A DNA stretch of 64,000 nucleotides from Eledone cirrhosa (Eukaryota), in the NCBI GenBank assembly GCA_964016885.1, contig OZ024742.1, positions 100,068,001-100,132,000 on the forward strand, written 5' to 3'. The notes under the pieces are model-generated. The model was not told the origin of the DNA and ran no database searches. It saw only the letters and a list, made by a program, of their open reading frames with translations. Both the position numbers and the translations under genes were made by a program. Shown here piece after piece: positions 40,351-55,190 of this stretch. The number at the start of each line of letters is the position of its first letter. Position 1 is the first letter of the stretch.

Positions 40351-42059
40351 TGTACTATTGTCATCAAGTAATAGAGATGACATATTGATTGTGTTAGCTC
40401 AACATTGTAGCTACATATAACAAAGCTTCTATTGTTTGTTTTTTTTATTCTTCCCGTAATTATTTCTAGTTATCCTTTTAACACTCCTTTTATTCAGGAT
40501 CGGTACCACCATTATGACTACTAGATTAGCCACCTAAAGAGTTAACATTACTGAAAGTTAAAGGGTCATATATGTATGCATGGATACGTAACCCATGATG
40601 GACTCTTAGGTGCGTCGCTATGATATACAGTGTGTTGTGAGCACTTTAAACCAGGTGATCTGAACATAGCCGATATCTTCCAGGGAGAGAGAGAGAGAGA
40701 GAGAAAGAGAAGAGGTGAGAGTGAGAGAGATGGGAAGAAATGAGAAACAGCTATAGAGGATGACTTGACCCAGTACAGAACTGGTATGTATTTTTTTATA
40801 AACCAGGAAACAATTAAAGGCAAAATTAAGCTGGAAGGAATTTGCAGTTATAGCAGAGAAAGCTGGAAGGAATACCCCACAAAGTATTCTATCCGACATT
40901 CTTACGACCAACCGCCTATAGAAATTTGTATAATTAAGTATATAATAATTTCTTACGATCAAAAAATAACTCATTACACATCTTTGTCGCGAAGCTCCCA
41001 TGTAGAAATATCCAAAGCGTTATAGTATCATGAACTTTAACATGATTGGGCACTAGTCCTTGTGGACTGTATAGTAGAAGATACAGGCTTAGTACTTTCG
41101 ATAGCAAATGTATGAAATATCGTTTCGTCAAACTGTAAGTTGAAATTATTTTATTTGGGAGAAGATTACGCACGCAGTAGGGCTTGCTTAGGGCGATAAA
41201 TAATAAGTCACATTAAATATGTAATTGTTAAAGAATGGGCCTCAGTGTCTTGTGGGATCTGCTTTTGTGTTATGCCCTCTAATTCAAACATCGCCTCCTA
41301 TACTCGGAAACATCCGTTCCTATCAGATTATTTGTGGGAATTGGGAGGGACACTGGCTAATATAGTAGCGCAAGTAGACCAGTGTCGTCAATTATGGCAT
41401 ATACGTTGAATGTACTTTGATTTTAGTGACCAACATTGGTATGACATATACGTAAATGTTGCTGGATATATGAACAATCAAACTGGAAAATTTGCATATT
41501 AATAAATGTATGATTTGCATGAGAGAAACTCTATAGTTTATGTTGATTACTGACTCGTGGAAGTGATTAAAAATAACATTATTTAATAATTTATTTCTGG
41601 GATATCATTACAGAAATATTCATCATATATGTAAAAAGGACTTATAGGTTTAAATGTATGAGTAACATTGAAGAAATTATCATTTTCAGGGATTAATGTA
41701 CGATTAGAACCCTTTTGATTGGAAAACAAAACTGATATAGTAAATGTATTGACTACATATACCTATGTTTGTGGGTGTGTATATTTTAAAGAGTTACAGA
41801 CAGATATATATATATATATATATATAAATATACAAACACACATGGCGTATTACTATAGTTGATTAGTGGTAGTTCCGGTGTCTGAATATGTAGCGCCCAT
41901 ATTCCGGTTATTCGCCAAATTCTTCTAAATAAAATATTTTGTTGTTATATTTGCTATTAAGATGGCTTCCAGGGCCAATCTCCTAATTTTAGGGGACAAT
42001 TGTTTTATCAACTAATTTTTAACCAATGAGTTATGACATTCGCAGACTAACCCCAAAAT

Positions 42060-45000
42060 ACACCCTTCCACATCCACATGTACACACACACACACACACG
42101 CACACATGTATAGACATATATGCATATATACACTAAACAAACAAACAAACACTAATATACATGCACACATATATACATATAAACATATGCATACACCGAT
42201 CCATGATAACACACTTACATACACACAGATACACGCTCACACACATGAATGCAACACACAATTACACGCGCATACACATAAAACGATAAGAAACTACACA
42301 GACTCACGTTTATATACACAGTCATATACACAAGCATACAGCAATTAAATTTAATGGAATGAAAGGTTCAATTTTTTTAATTTATAATTCGTATTATCCG
42401 CCCTTTTTTACAGAAAAAATAGGGGCTTTAAAAAATCCCTTAAAAAATTTGCAATTATCTCTATGGAGTCTGTTTGTTCTAAATAAATTATCCCTGTTAA
42501 TTCCATTAAGATACACGTACACACACATACACTACACACACACATACACATACATACATACACACACACACATACAAACACATACACTAAACGCACATAC
42601 ACACACATACACACACATACACACACATACACGCACACACATGCACTACACACATATACACAAACATACATGCACACACACACGTACATCTGCTCACATA
42701 AATACACATATGAACATATACACGCATACACACATACTCATAGGCACATGCACATATATAGGCACATGAAGAAATGTACACAAACGTGTGCATATATACA
42801 TGCATAAATAGACATGCACAGAGACACACTTGCACATGCACACGCAAATGTATACAAACATGCGTCTATATACATAGCACACATGCATGCGCAACCGCAT
42901 GCACACATACACACTTACACATGTGCATAAACATTCACAGACTTAAACATACATATACAAACGTAAACATATATACACAACGGTTCGTGCATACGCATGC
43001 ATGCACATGAACACGAATTCACACACACACATACATACACATATATACACATAAATAGACAAGCACATCTGCACATACATAGACAAATACATCAGCACCT
43101 ACACACATACATACATTCACATATGCATATAGACAATAGAAGAGCACACAAACACACATACACATTCAGAGATGCACGTACAAATACACACATACGCACG
43201 CACGCATACAAACGCATGCGTACACACATATGACTATGCACATGTGCATACATATGCAAACATGTACAGGCGCACACATACACTCACTCCCTTTCATAGA
43301 CACATATACAAACACCCACATGCAAACATATTCATCCATACTCACATTCACACTCACACATTCATACACACATATGCACAGAAACATACTCACGCACACA
43401 AGCAACTAAACAACATACACAATCTGATGCAAACATACATATATATGTACACAAACGCATTCACACACACATATATGCACACATACATACCCGCACACGC
43501 ATAAACATAAATCCACACAAACACCCATATACACACATAGAGATATATACACACAAACACCCATATATACACACATACAGATATATGTATACACACAAAG
43601 ACCCATATATATATATATACACACACACATACAGATATATACACACAAACACTCATATATACACACATACAGATATATACACACAAACACCCATATATAC
43701 ACACATACATATATATACACACAAACACCCATATATATACACATACAGATATATACACACATACAGTTATATACACACAAACACCCATATATACACACAT
43801 ACAGATATATAGACACAAACATCTATATACACACATACAGATATATACACACATACAGATATATACACACAAACACCCATATATATACACATACAGATAT
43901 ATACACACAAACACCCATATATGCACACATACAGATATATACACACAAACACCCATATATACACACATACAGATATATACACACAAACACCCATATATAC
44001 ACACATACAGATATATACACACAAACACCCATTGCACATGCATCCGCAGAAACATACACATAAGCCAATCTATACACATATATACACAAATGCCAATGTA
44101 CCCACATACACAGCGGCACACACATACACATATATGTACATACATACACATCCGAATACACATATACATATATGTACACAAACACCAATGTGCCCACATA
44201 CACATACACATATATGTACACAAACACACACGTACACACATCACATCCGTACACACATACACATATATGCACACTAACATCCATACACACATGCACATCC
44301 GTACACACATACACATATATGCTCACAAACACATATATACACACACACAACCATGTACATACATACACTTATATGCACACAACCACCCAAGTACGCACTT
44401 ACACATCCACCGACACATTCACAACATATCTGCCCACACATACACATATGTGCACATAAACACCCACGTACACACATACACATTCGCCCGCACATACACA
44501 TATATACACACAAGCACCCAAGTACCCACATACACATTCGCCCACACATACACATATATACACACAAGCACCCACGTACACATCCGCCCACACATACACA
44601 TCCACACATACACATATATACACTCAAACACACTGCGCACACATACACATTCGCCCGCACATACACATATATATACACAAGCACCCACATACACATTCGC
44701 CCACACCCACGCACATACACATATATATACACAAGCACCCACATACACATTCGCCCAACACCCACGTACACACATACACATATATACACGCGAGCACCCA
44801 CGTACACACATACACATATATACACACGAGCACCCAAGTACCCACATCCGCCCACACACACATATATATAGACATACACATATATTTAGACACTACACAT
44901 CCGCCAACACATACACATATATATATATATAGACACTAACACCCACGTACACACATACACATAAATCTCTACAAACACCCACATATATACTTACACCCAA
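42060..45000. repeat. CA/TA-rich cryptic satellite, with a ~34-bp minisatellite at 43520-44030
   Basis: repeated acacatacagatatatacacacaaacacccatatat-like units. Confidence 0.9.
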
Positions 45001-45387
45001 ATTAATTTTTAATAGTTTTGTTTCCATTATATTTTTTTATTTAGCCCTTCAATTATAAATTGTATTAATCCGCTCCTCCGCCATCTTTGTTTCTTTCCCT
45101 TTAAATTGTAATTATTTTTAGCTTGACCCCCATTTTTCTCCTGAACTAATTAACATTCTCTGACCTCCCCTCACCACACCGTTCCACTCTCCCCTTTTTA
45201 GAAGGTCTCTTTGTTGTTGCTGTTGTTGTTGTTGTTGAGGTGGTGGTGGTGGTTTTATGTTCTTTTCTTTATTGTTTGTGTTAATTTGTTTTTTATTAAA
45301 ATCTTCATGTAATGTTCATTTATGTTGTTCCTTCCTAAATAACTCCTACTATCCTGTCCCGGATCACATTTCACACATTAGGCAATC

Positions 45388-45453
45388 TAGTAGTAGTAGT
45401 AGTGGTGGTGGTAGTGGTGGTGGTGGTGGTGGTGGTGGTGGTGGTAGTAGTAA

Positions 45454-45496
<43 letters not shown>

Positions 45497-45533
45497 GGTG
45501 GTGGTGGTGGTGGTGGTGGTGGTGGTGGTGGTG

Positions 45534-45589
<56 letters not shown>

Positions 45590-45624
45590 GGTGGTGGTGG
45601 TGGTGGTGGTGGTAGTAGTAGTAA

Positions 45625-45661
<37 letters not shown>

Positions 45662-45684
45662 GGTGGTGGTGGTGGTAGTAGTAA

Positions 45685-45721
<37 letters not shown>

Positions 45722-45725
45722 GGTG

Positions 45726-45766
<41 letters not shown>

Positions 45767-45791
45767 GGTGGTGGTGGTGGCAGTAGTGGCG

Positions 45792-45840
<49 letters not shown>

Positions 45841-45881
45841 TAGTAGTAGTAATTGTTGTTGCTGTTGCTGTTGTTACTGTT

Positions 45882-45914
<33 letters not shown>

Positions 45915-45975
45915 ATGGTGGTAGTAGTAGTAGCAGCAATAGTACTAATTGTTGTTGTTGTTGTTGCTGTTGTTA

Positions 45976-46008
<33 letters not shown>

Positions 46009-46055
46009 GAAGAGGAGTGGTAGTAGTAGTAGTAGTAATTGTTGTTGTTGTTGCT

Positions 46056-46109
<54 letters not shown>

Positions 46110-46300
46110 CCACTACCACAATACAAACCACTTCTGCCACCGCCACCACACAATCACCGCCACTGCTGCAACCACCACTACCAATACCATTAATGGCACT
46201 GATACTACTACTAGTACTACCAGAAGAAGAAGAAGAAGAAGAAAAAGAAAAAGAAGAAGAAGAAGAAGAAGAAGAAGAAGACCACCAACAACAATAACAA
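45388..46300. repeat. (GTA)n/(GTG)n/(GTT)n/(GAA)n trinucleotide array
   Basis: direct reading. Confidence 0.95.
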
Positions 46301-46407
46301 GTCCCCAATATTGTAGTAGAAACGATTCTTCTCTGACTTTCTCACTTTCCCTCTCTCATACACACTCTTTCTCTCTCATTATTATTAAAAAATGGTGGAT
46401 TTTTAGG

Positions 46408-46602
46408 GTGGTGGATTGGCAGTATCGATAGAGGGTCGGATGCCATGCTTTGCAGCAAATAGTGACGGCCCTTTATGATCTGAGTTCAAATCCCGCTGAG
46501 GTTAACTTTGCCTTTCATCCTTACGGGGTCGATAAAATAAAGTACGAGTAATGTACTGGGTTATTGCTGGCCTTGTGCCAAAAGTAGAAACAATTATTAT
46601 TA
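46408..46602 (+). mobile_element. tRNA-derived SINE (OK-like)
   Basis: matches 1148-1325 throughout. Confidence 0.8.
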
Positions 46603-46654
46603 AAAAACGAAACAAAAACATACATACATACATACACACACGCATACATACATT

Positions 46655-47250
46655 CTTACATGATGGCTGCCCCCTCGTTATACCATTATTAATAATTATT
46701 AATTAATTCTATCATGCAATGCTTGTGCGTGAAGATATTTTTTAAAGTGAGGAAAGACTGTGCACTGAGCCAATCCCACTCTTTGAGCGACAGTAGCTAT
46801 AACCCGAAAAGAAGAAAAGATCAACATCATCGGCAACTACTGAGCCCCAAGTTATATATCGGAGTTATCCCAGTTTCCTGAGTTGCTTTCTCCTAGAAGA
46901 ATGCCCTGACAAAGGATAGGGGTCCTTCACTCCCAGTGGTTTAACCACGCGATCGGGTGTCCAGCCCGACTATTTCTATGTCCCCGCGCATATACATACA
47001 CATGCACCCATGTATATACACATATACATACATATGTACATGTGTATATATACATATTTACACACTTTTGGATAGCCGTTGACTCATATGAGTTCTTCCG
47101 CCCTTTGTCAGGTTTGGTTTTTTTGTCCTGCAGGGTGTCCAAAATCACCCTCCTCACCAAGTAAACTTGGTGGGTTGCCGGTTTAGTCGCCGACGACCCG
47201 ACCATGCGACAGGTTGCACTGGGTTACATATTACCAGTAGCACTCAAGAG
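46655..47250 (-). mobile_element. Non-autonomous RTE-like element, second copy
   Basis: homologous to 20440-21050. Confidence 0.5.
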
Positions 47251-47335
47251 TGACTCGAAATACATACATACATACATGCATACATACATACATACATACA
47301 TACATACATACATACATACATACATACATACATAC

Positions 47336-47611
47336 AAATATGTAAAACATTCCAAAAATTTTGCATCTAATAACTGCATATATACATGTGCAGATACAAA
47401 GCGTATACACATGCAGACATACAATTCAAAACATACACATCCACACATACAATAACATCCATACCTACACATGCATGCATGCAGACATGCAGACATATCT
47501 ACCTAGTTGATGTTGTGTAAATTCCAATGAGAGAGTCTTGTATCTATGTTAGAAACCGACTCTCTCTCTGTATTGGCAAACATTTGTGAAATTATAAAAC
47601 CAGAAGAACAT
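47336..47611 (+). mobile_element. R4/Dong-like element, 3' fragment D1, in (CATA)n
   Basis: matches 49313-49583; CATA repeats on both sides. Confidence 0.85.
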
Positions 47612-47693
47612 ACATACATACATACATACATACATACATACATACATACATACATACATACATACATACATACATACATACATACATACATAC

Positions 47694-49583
47694 ATTGAAA
47701 ATTTCCCTCAACGAAATCTTCCAGAGAGAAATTATCTCATGTATAAATATCTCTCTGGCTGAACGTGTTAAAATGACAATGGTGAATAAAAAACCAAATA
47801 ATGAAATACTACGTGTTATTGACGAAATAGGGGATGAATATTTACGACGAATAAAAACCCCAACATTTTGGCAAATCAACGCCTGTTTATATGCCTGAGC
47901 AATGACAATGAAGCACCACCAAAAATACCACCAAAAATACCATCATATATAACTAAAATAGAAAAAAAGAGTGCTGACCTCAGAAAAAACATAGGACATG
48001 TGATAATGCTCCTTACATGCAAACAAACATAAAAATACCTCACTCCTCACTAACAAAGAGTGAAAAATAAAATAGAGACGCTGTTTGGTAACAGTAGAAC
48101 CAGAACTCTCCAATATAAGCTGATCACCCTCAAACAAGAATTGAGAGCTGTTAGCGAAAAACGCCGATACCTGAAGAATGTAGATGAGAGAAAAATGCTT
48201 AATAAAAGATTCAGACGAAACTAAACATCAGTCTATAGAGATATGAAGGGCAAAATAATGAGTGTCACTGAGGCCCCATCCCAGAAAGACATAGATTCCT
48301 TTTGGAGAAAAATATGGGGTGAATAGAAGAATTTCAACAGTGACATAAACCGCCTTTACTTGAAACGTAAGTAGGGAGGCAGAGGCCTAACATCAGTCCA
48401 GACAACATTTGAATGTCGCATCATATATCTCCGACAACATCTACGAACCTCAAAGCGTAGGAGCCCGCTTCTCGAGCAAGTCTATCTGCATGAAACAGAT
48501 AAGATCATGAGAGTTGGGAAGGAACTCCTTGAGAGATATTCCCTGTGTGATAATCAAAAACTCACACCCAGGAAGCTCCAGAGTGAGAGTAATATAGATA
48601 AGGAAAATAGTCTATCTTGGACCAACAACCGCTATATTGGCTCCCATTTTGAAGGATACGCTTTTGCAATCCAAGAACACGAGATTAGCACGAAATACCT
48701 GATTCACAAAAGAGATAGGGATGCAGGCAAAACATCTAGATGTGATAACAAGTGCAGACTCTGCAGAACTAACATCGAGGATATCACCCATGTCATCAGC
48801 AGCTGCCCAAAGATGTCATCGCGGTACTATCTACCTATGAGGCATGATGTAGTGGCCAAAACACTGTACAATGCAGTTCGTAAAAAAGATAGCCCCGATA
48901 ACAAACACATTAAAAGCTACAACAATGTGGAAGACATCCATGTACATAATATGAAAGAGTACTGGTGGAATGTTCCAGTAAAAACCCCAATAAAATGCAG
49001 GCATAACAGACCAGATATTATGATATGGGACAGGGAGAAGAAAACATGCACAGTAGTGGAAATTAGCTGCCCAGCAGATGCCAATATAATATCAAAGATT
49101 AGTGAAAAGGAGAATATTTATGCAGAACTGATGAGAAATCTGCAGATACTCCACCCTGATTACACCTTCAGATATATGCCTGTGATTATTGGGGCACTGG
49201 GATATGTTAGTAACTGCCTCAATACAAATCTTGAGAAGCTAGGCTTCAGAGGAACAGAAAGAACACAACTAGTTAGGAAATTACAAGTACAATCCATTAA
49301 TGGAACAGTAAAAATATGTAAAACATTCCAAAAATTTTGCATCTAATAACTGCATATACACATGTACAGATACAAAGCATATACACATGCACACATACAA
49401 CTCAAAACATACACATCGACACATACAATAACATCTATATCTACACATGCATGCATGCAGACATACATACATATCTACCTAGTTGATGTTGTGTAAATTC
49501 CAATGAGAGAGTCTTGTGTCTATGTTAGAAACCGACTCTCTCTCTATTGGTAAAACTTTGTGAAATTATAAAACCAGAAGAAC
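47694..49583 (+). mobile_element. R4/Dong-like element D2, 5'-truncated and RT-deleted
   Basis: 47694-48340 matches 50661-51333; then RLE domain and 3'UTR ending ccagaagaa(cata)n. Confidence 0.85.
48507..49346 (+). pseudogene. CCHC + restriction-like endonuclease (PD..E) C-terminal domain
   Basis: CRLCRTNIEDITHVISSC, RHD, RPDI, VVEISCP, PVIIGALG. Confidence 0.88.
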
Positions 49584-49672
49584 ATACATACATACATAAT
49601 ACATACATACATACATACATACATACATACATACATACATACATACATACATACATACATACATACATACAT

Positions 49673-49823
49673 AGTCTACAAATGGCTGCGATAGCTGGCA
49701 CCTTCAAAATTTGCAAAACATTCTTGCGATTCAAGGGATGACAATTTCTTTTCTTTTACAACCTTGCCACCAGGAAGGTGGCCGGTCAAAAAAATATACT
49801 CGAAATTAAGAGAAAGAGATAAC
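49673..49823 (+). mobile_element. 3' fragment D3 of a second R4/Dong-like family, in (CATA)n
   Basis: LQMAAIAGTFKICKTFLRF* parallels LQVQSINGTVKICKTFQKF; different 3'UTR; ends in (cata)n. Confidence 0.7.
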
Positions 49824-49835
49824 ATACATACATAC

Positions 49836-52665
49836 AGTCAACGCGATCAGTCGCATATTTTGGCGTGGGAGACTATTTATTAAATTTAAGATGAATACTA
49901 TCTCCGACGGTAATCCCACAACTACAGTCATGTTGAATAACTGGTTATTCTTCTAACTATCGCTTCTGAAGACACCTTTTATTCGAATTCTTAGAGATAT
50001 CCGACTAAATACATAATTCATTTTACAAGGATTTGCTACAAACAGCATGGATGAACACAACATCAACAACAAAATTAAGGAAGTACCGAAGACAAATAAC
50101 AAGGAAGGTAATCAAACTTTATTCAGTTGTAGCTACAGAAGAAACCTAAATTATAAATCGCATTTCTCTTGGAGTTGCGAACTTAATAATGATTTATTTA
50201 ATTGTTATAAAATGGCAAAAAACAATCCCTCCATTGGATATATGAATAGAATGAAGCTACACTGGGACGAAATGCACCCAGAGCTAAATTATTTCCCAGC
50301 GAAACAATTACGCCAACAAGCGACGTTTGTTGAACGTAAAAATAATATAAATATTATTAATTGTAAGTCCCCCACAACAAACATGTTATCAACAAAACGT
50401 GCTACAGGTCGCCATGCTACTAGTCTTCCTAGCAACCAGGTCGAACAGCGTCTTGAAACAACTATGCCTGTAAGAAACTTGACACCACCTGTACTATCTA
50501 AGTCTACCTCGAATGCTGGGGAAAACACTATCGATAATAATAATAATCGAAGAAATAATAATAATAATCGAAGAAATTTGACACCACGTGTACCATCCGA
50601 GTCTACCTCGACTGTTGTGGAAAATACTATCGATAATGATAATAATCAAAAGTATAAACAATTGAAATCTTCCCTCAACGAAATCTTCCAGTGCGACATT
50701 AACTCATGTATAAATATCTCTCTTGCTGAACGTATTAAAACAACAATGTTTAATAAAAAAAACAAATTATGAAATATTACGTGTTATTGACGAAATAGGG
50801 GATCAATATTTACGACGGATAAAACCCCCAACATTTTGGCAAATCAACGCCTGTTTATATGCCCTAGCAACGACAGTGTAGCATTATCTTGGTGATAGCA
50901 GCGATATTAACAAGAATAGAACACCACCAAAAATACCATTATATATAACTAAAATAGAAAAAAAGATTACTGACCTACGAAAAAACATAGGACATGTGAC
51001 AATGCTTCTTACATGCAAACAAACACAAAAAAACCTCACTCCTCACTAACAAAGAGTGAAAAATAAAATAGAGACGATGTTTGGTAACAGTAGAACCAGA
51101 ACTCTCCAATATAAGCTGATCACCCTCAAACAAGAATTGAGAGCTGTTAGCGAAAAACGCCGATACCTGAAGAAGGTAGATGAGAGAAAATGCTTAATAA
51201 AAGATTCAGATGAAACCAAACATCAGTCTATAGAGATATGAAGGTCAAAATAATGAGTGTCACTGAGGCCCCATCCCAGAAAGACATAGATTCCTTTTGG
51301 AGAGAAATATGGGGTGAATAGAAGAATTTCAACCAAGAATTTCAACCAAGATGCATTGTGGCTGAGAGAAATCCGAAAGAACTATTGCTCCTACAATACA
51401 ACAAAAGCATATGAAATAAGTGAGGGTACCCTTGAGACTGTGATAGGAAAACTCCAAGACAAGAAAACACCAGGAAGAGACATGATTGTCGGCTACTGGT
51501 ACAAAAAACTGATATTCTATCGGAGGTATCTTACTGACCAATACACTTATACCAGAATGGTTGACATTAGCACAAACATTACTGGTCCCCAAGAACAGAG
51601 ACACCCACTTGGTAAAAAACTACCAACCCATTGCATGCCAGAACCTGATGTATAAAATGTATACAGCCTGTCTGAACCTATTCCTCCAAGATCACTGTGA
51701 AAATAATAATATCATCACAGATGAACAAGCAGCTGGAGAGAAAGGGGTTTGGGGATGTGCTGAACAACTCCTAATCAACAAAGCTGCGATGTCGGAGGTG
51801 CGACAACTTAGGAGGAATATGGCTACAGTCTGGCTGGACTACAGGAAAGCTTTCGATTCTGTTCCCCACTCTTGGATGATAGAGGCCCTCCAACTTGCTA
51901 AAGTCCCAGACATTATTGTCAGAGCCATAGAGAGGCTGTCTTCTTCTTGGGCTACTATCCGAAGGTTAAAAACAGAGAGGGAGAACTCTATTTTCACTGA
52001 TAAAATAAAATATTGCAGGGGTATATTTCAGGGAGACAGTCTCTCTGTGATATTGTTCATCTTGTCATTAAACCCATTGTCCTTTCTGCTCAAGAAATGT
52101 GAGGGATACATCATTGGCTCACAGGAGGAGAGAAATACGAACCTAACCCATAACTTCGTTGTGGACGATCTGAAACTCTATACCAAGAACATGGATGGGA
52201 TGAAGAAAAATCTTGACTTGGTTACAACGTTCTCAAAGGATATAGGAATGGAGTTTGACCAAGATAAATACTCATACATGACTGTAAAGCGGGTAAAAAC
52301 AACAACCCAATCTAGCAACATTGTTATCAATGGCCTAACTGTTTCACCAATATCTGATGAGGACTACTACAGATTCCTGGGGATAGATGAGAACATATCC
52401 TATAGTGGTATCTGTAATAAAGAACGTGTAACCAGGGAATACTACACCTGATTAAGAAAGATCTGGGCGTCGGATCTTTCTGCGCAAAACAAAACAGTGG
52501 CTCACAATGTGTTTGCTGTGCCTGTCCTAACACCAATGTTTGGAATACTCAATTGGATGATAGACGAAATCTGAGCAGTTGATGTTGGAACTCGAAAAAT
52601 ACTGAACAACACCGGAAACTTCCACATCAACGGTGACATAGACCGCCTTTCAATGCAACCTTCTC
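49836..52665 (+). mobile_element. R4/Dong-like element D4: 5'UTR, N-terminal region and decayed RT, 3'-truncated
   Basis: ORF 50047-50772; RT fragment 51561-52451 with WLDYRKAFDSVPH, GIFQGDSLS, VDDLKLY. Confidence 0.85.
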
Positions 52666-52684
52666 CAATTTAAAGTGACTGTTG

Positions 52685-55190
52685 TGATGGTAGTGGCGGT
52701 GGTAGTATATTGGTGGCCGTGGTGGTAGCGTATTGGTGGTGGTGGTGGTAGTATATTGGTGGCGATTGTGGTAGCGTATTGGTGGTGGTGGTGGTGGTAG
52801 CGTATTGGTGGTGGTAGAGGTGGTAGTATATTGGTGGCCATGGTGGTAGCGTATTGGTGGTGGTGGTGGCGGTGGTAGTATATTGGTGGCCATGGTGGTA
52901 GCGTATTGGTGGTGGTGGTGGCGGTAGTATATTGGTGGCCATGGTGGTAGCGTATTGGTGGTGGCGGTGGTAGTATATTGGAGGCCGTGGTGGTAGCGTA
53001 TTGGTGGTGGTGGTGGTGGTGGTAGTATATTGGTGGTGGTGGTGGTAGTATATTGGTGGCGGTGGTGGTAGCGTATCGGTGGTGGTGGTGGTGGTAGCGT
53101 ATTGGTGGTGGTGGTGGTGGTAGTATATTGGTGGCGATGGTGGTAGCGTATTGGTGGTAGCGTATTGGTGGTAGCGGTGGTAGTGATAGTATATTGGTGG
53201 CGATGGTGGCAGCGTATTGGTGGTAGCGGTGGTAGTATATTGGTGGTGGCGGTGGTAGCGTATTGGTGGTGGCGGTGGTAGTATATTGGTGGTGGTGGTC
53301 GTAGCGTATTGGTGGTGGCGGTGGTAGTATGTTGGTGGTGGTGGTGGTGGTAGCATATTGGTGGTGGGGGTGGTAGCATATTGGTGGTGGTAGCGTATTG
53401 GTGGTGGTGGTGGTGGTAGCATATTGGTGGTGGTAGCGTATTGGTGGTGGTGGTGGTGGTAGGATATTAGTCGTGGGGGTAATAGCATATTGGTGGTGGT
53501 GGTGGTAGCATATTGGTGGTGGTGGTGGTGGTGGTAGCATATTGGTGGTGGTGGTGGTGGTAGTATATTGGTGGTGGTGGTGGTGGTAGTAGCATGTTGG
53601 TGGTGGCGGTGGTAGCATATTGGTGGTGGTAGTGGTAGTGGTGGTGGTATATTGGTGGTGGCGGTGGTAGCGTATTGGTGGTAGTAGTGTATTGGTGGTA
53701 GCGGTGGTGTCAGTGGTAGCATATGGGTGGTGATCGTGGTAGCGTATAGATGGTGGCGGTGGCAGCATATTGGTGGTGGTGGTAGTATATTGGTGGCGGT
53801 GGTGGTGAGCATATTGGTGGTGGCGGTGGTAGCATATTGGTGGTGGTGGTGGTAGCATATTGGTGGTGGTGGTTGTAGCATATTGGTGGTGGCGATGGTA
53901 GTATATTGGTGGTGGTGGTGGTAGTATATTGGTGGTGGTAGTGGTAGCGTATCTGTGGTGGTAGTGGTAGCATATTGGTGGTGGTAGTGGTAGCGTATAG
54001 GTGGTGGTGGTAGTATATTGGTGGTGGTGGTGGTGGTGGTAGCATATTGGTGGTGGCGGTGGTAGTGGTAGCATATTGGTGGTGGCGGTGGTAACATATT
54101 GGTGGTGGTGGCGGTGGTAACATATTGGTGGTGGTGGTGGTGGTAGCATATTGGTGGTGGCGGTGGTGGTAGCATATTGGTGGTGGCGGTGGTAACATAT
54201 TGGTGGTGGTGGTGGTGGTGGTGGCGTATTGGTGGTGGCGGTAGTGGTGGTAGTGGTGTTAGCATATTGGTGGTTGGGGTTTTGGTGGTGGTGGTAGCAT
54301 ATTGGTGGTGGTGGTAGTGTATTGGAGGTGGTGGTGGTGGTGGTGGTAGTGGTAGCATATTGGTGGCGGTGTTGGTGGTGGTGATAGCATATTGGTTGTG
54401 GTTGTGGTGGTGGTGGTGGTGGTGGTGTATTGGAGGTGGCGGTGGTGGTGGCGGTGGTGGTGCTGCTGCTGCTGCTTCTACTGCTGCGTTGCTTCTGTTG
54501 TTTCTGCTTTTGTTTTATCGCTGTTGCAGCTGTCGTGGTGTTGGTATTGTTGTTGTTGCTGGTAGTGGTGGGTGTTTTATATAGTGGTGATGGTAGTGGT
54601 TGCGGTGGTGGTGATGGGTTTTGTGAGGTGGTAGTAGCGGTGTTGGTGGTTATTGTAGTGGAATATGATGGGGCATGGTGGAGATGATGGTGGAGATGAT
54701 GGTGGAGGTGATGGTAGAGGTGGTGGTGGGGCATGTTGGAGATAGTTATTGTTTTGTATTTATTGTTGTTGATTTTATTACTATAGAAGCTGCCCCTGTT
54801 GTAATACTTGTTCTTGTTTTTATTGTTCGTGGTAGTGCTGGTGGTGGTGGTGCTGGTGCTGGTGGTGGTAGTAGCAGTGGTGCTTCTGGTGGTAGTGGTG
54901 TTGGTGCTGGTGGTGGTGGTAGTTGTTGTTCTTGTTGTGTTGGTGGTGCTGGTGCTGGTGGTGCTGGTGGTGCTGGTGGTAGTGGTGGTGGTTCTAGTGG
55001 TAGTGGTGGTGGTGCTGTTGGTGGAAGTTGTTGTTGTGGTAGTGGTGCTGGTGGTGCTGGTGGTAGTTGTTGTTGTTGTTGTTGTGGTGGTGGTGGTCGT
55101 GATGGTTGTGCTGCTGGTTGTGCTGGTGGTGCTGGAAGTGGTGATGGTGATGGAGCTGGTGACGGGGCTTGGTGGGGGTATTGCTACGTT
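52685..55190. repeat. G-rich minisatellite (ggt)n-tag[c/t][a/g]tatt grading into (GGT)/(GTT)/(GCT) repeats
   Basis: direct reading. Confidence 0.93.

Noticed and set aside
40360-42000. Possible host exons in non-repetitive sequence (also 15130-15600 and 61650-63700)
   Set aside because: No convincing ORF with splice sites or recognisable protein motif; small exons cannot be excluded without RNA data
42012-44932. Numerous Cys/Val/Tyr or His/Thr ORFs
   Set aside because: Translations of CA/TA low-complexity sequence
45257-46308. Gly/Ser-rich ORF with a hydrophobic N-terminus (and poly-Val/poly-Thr frames)
   Set aside because: Pure trinucleotide microsatellite open in several frames; no codon-level diversification
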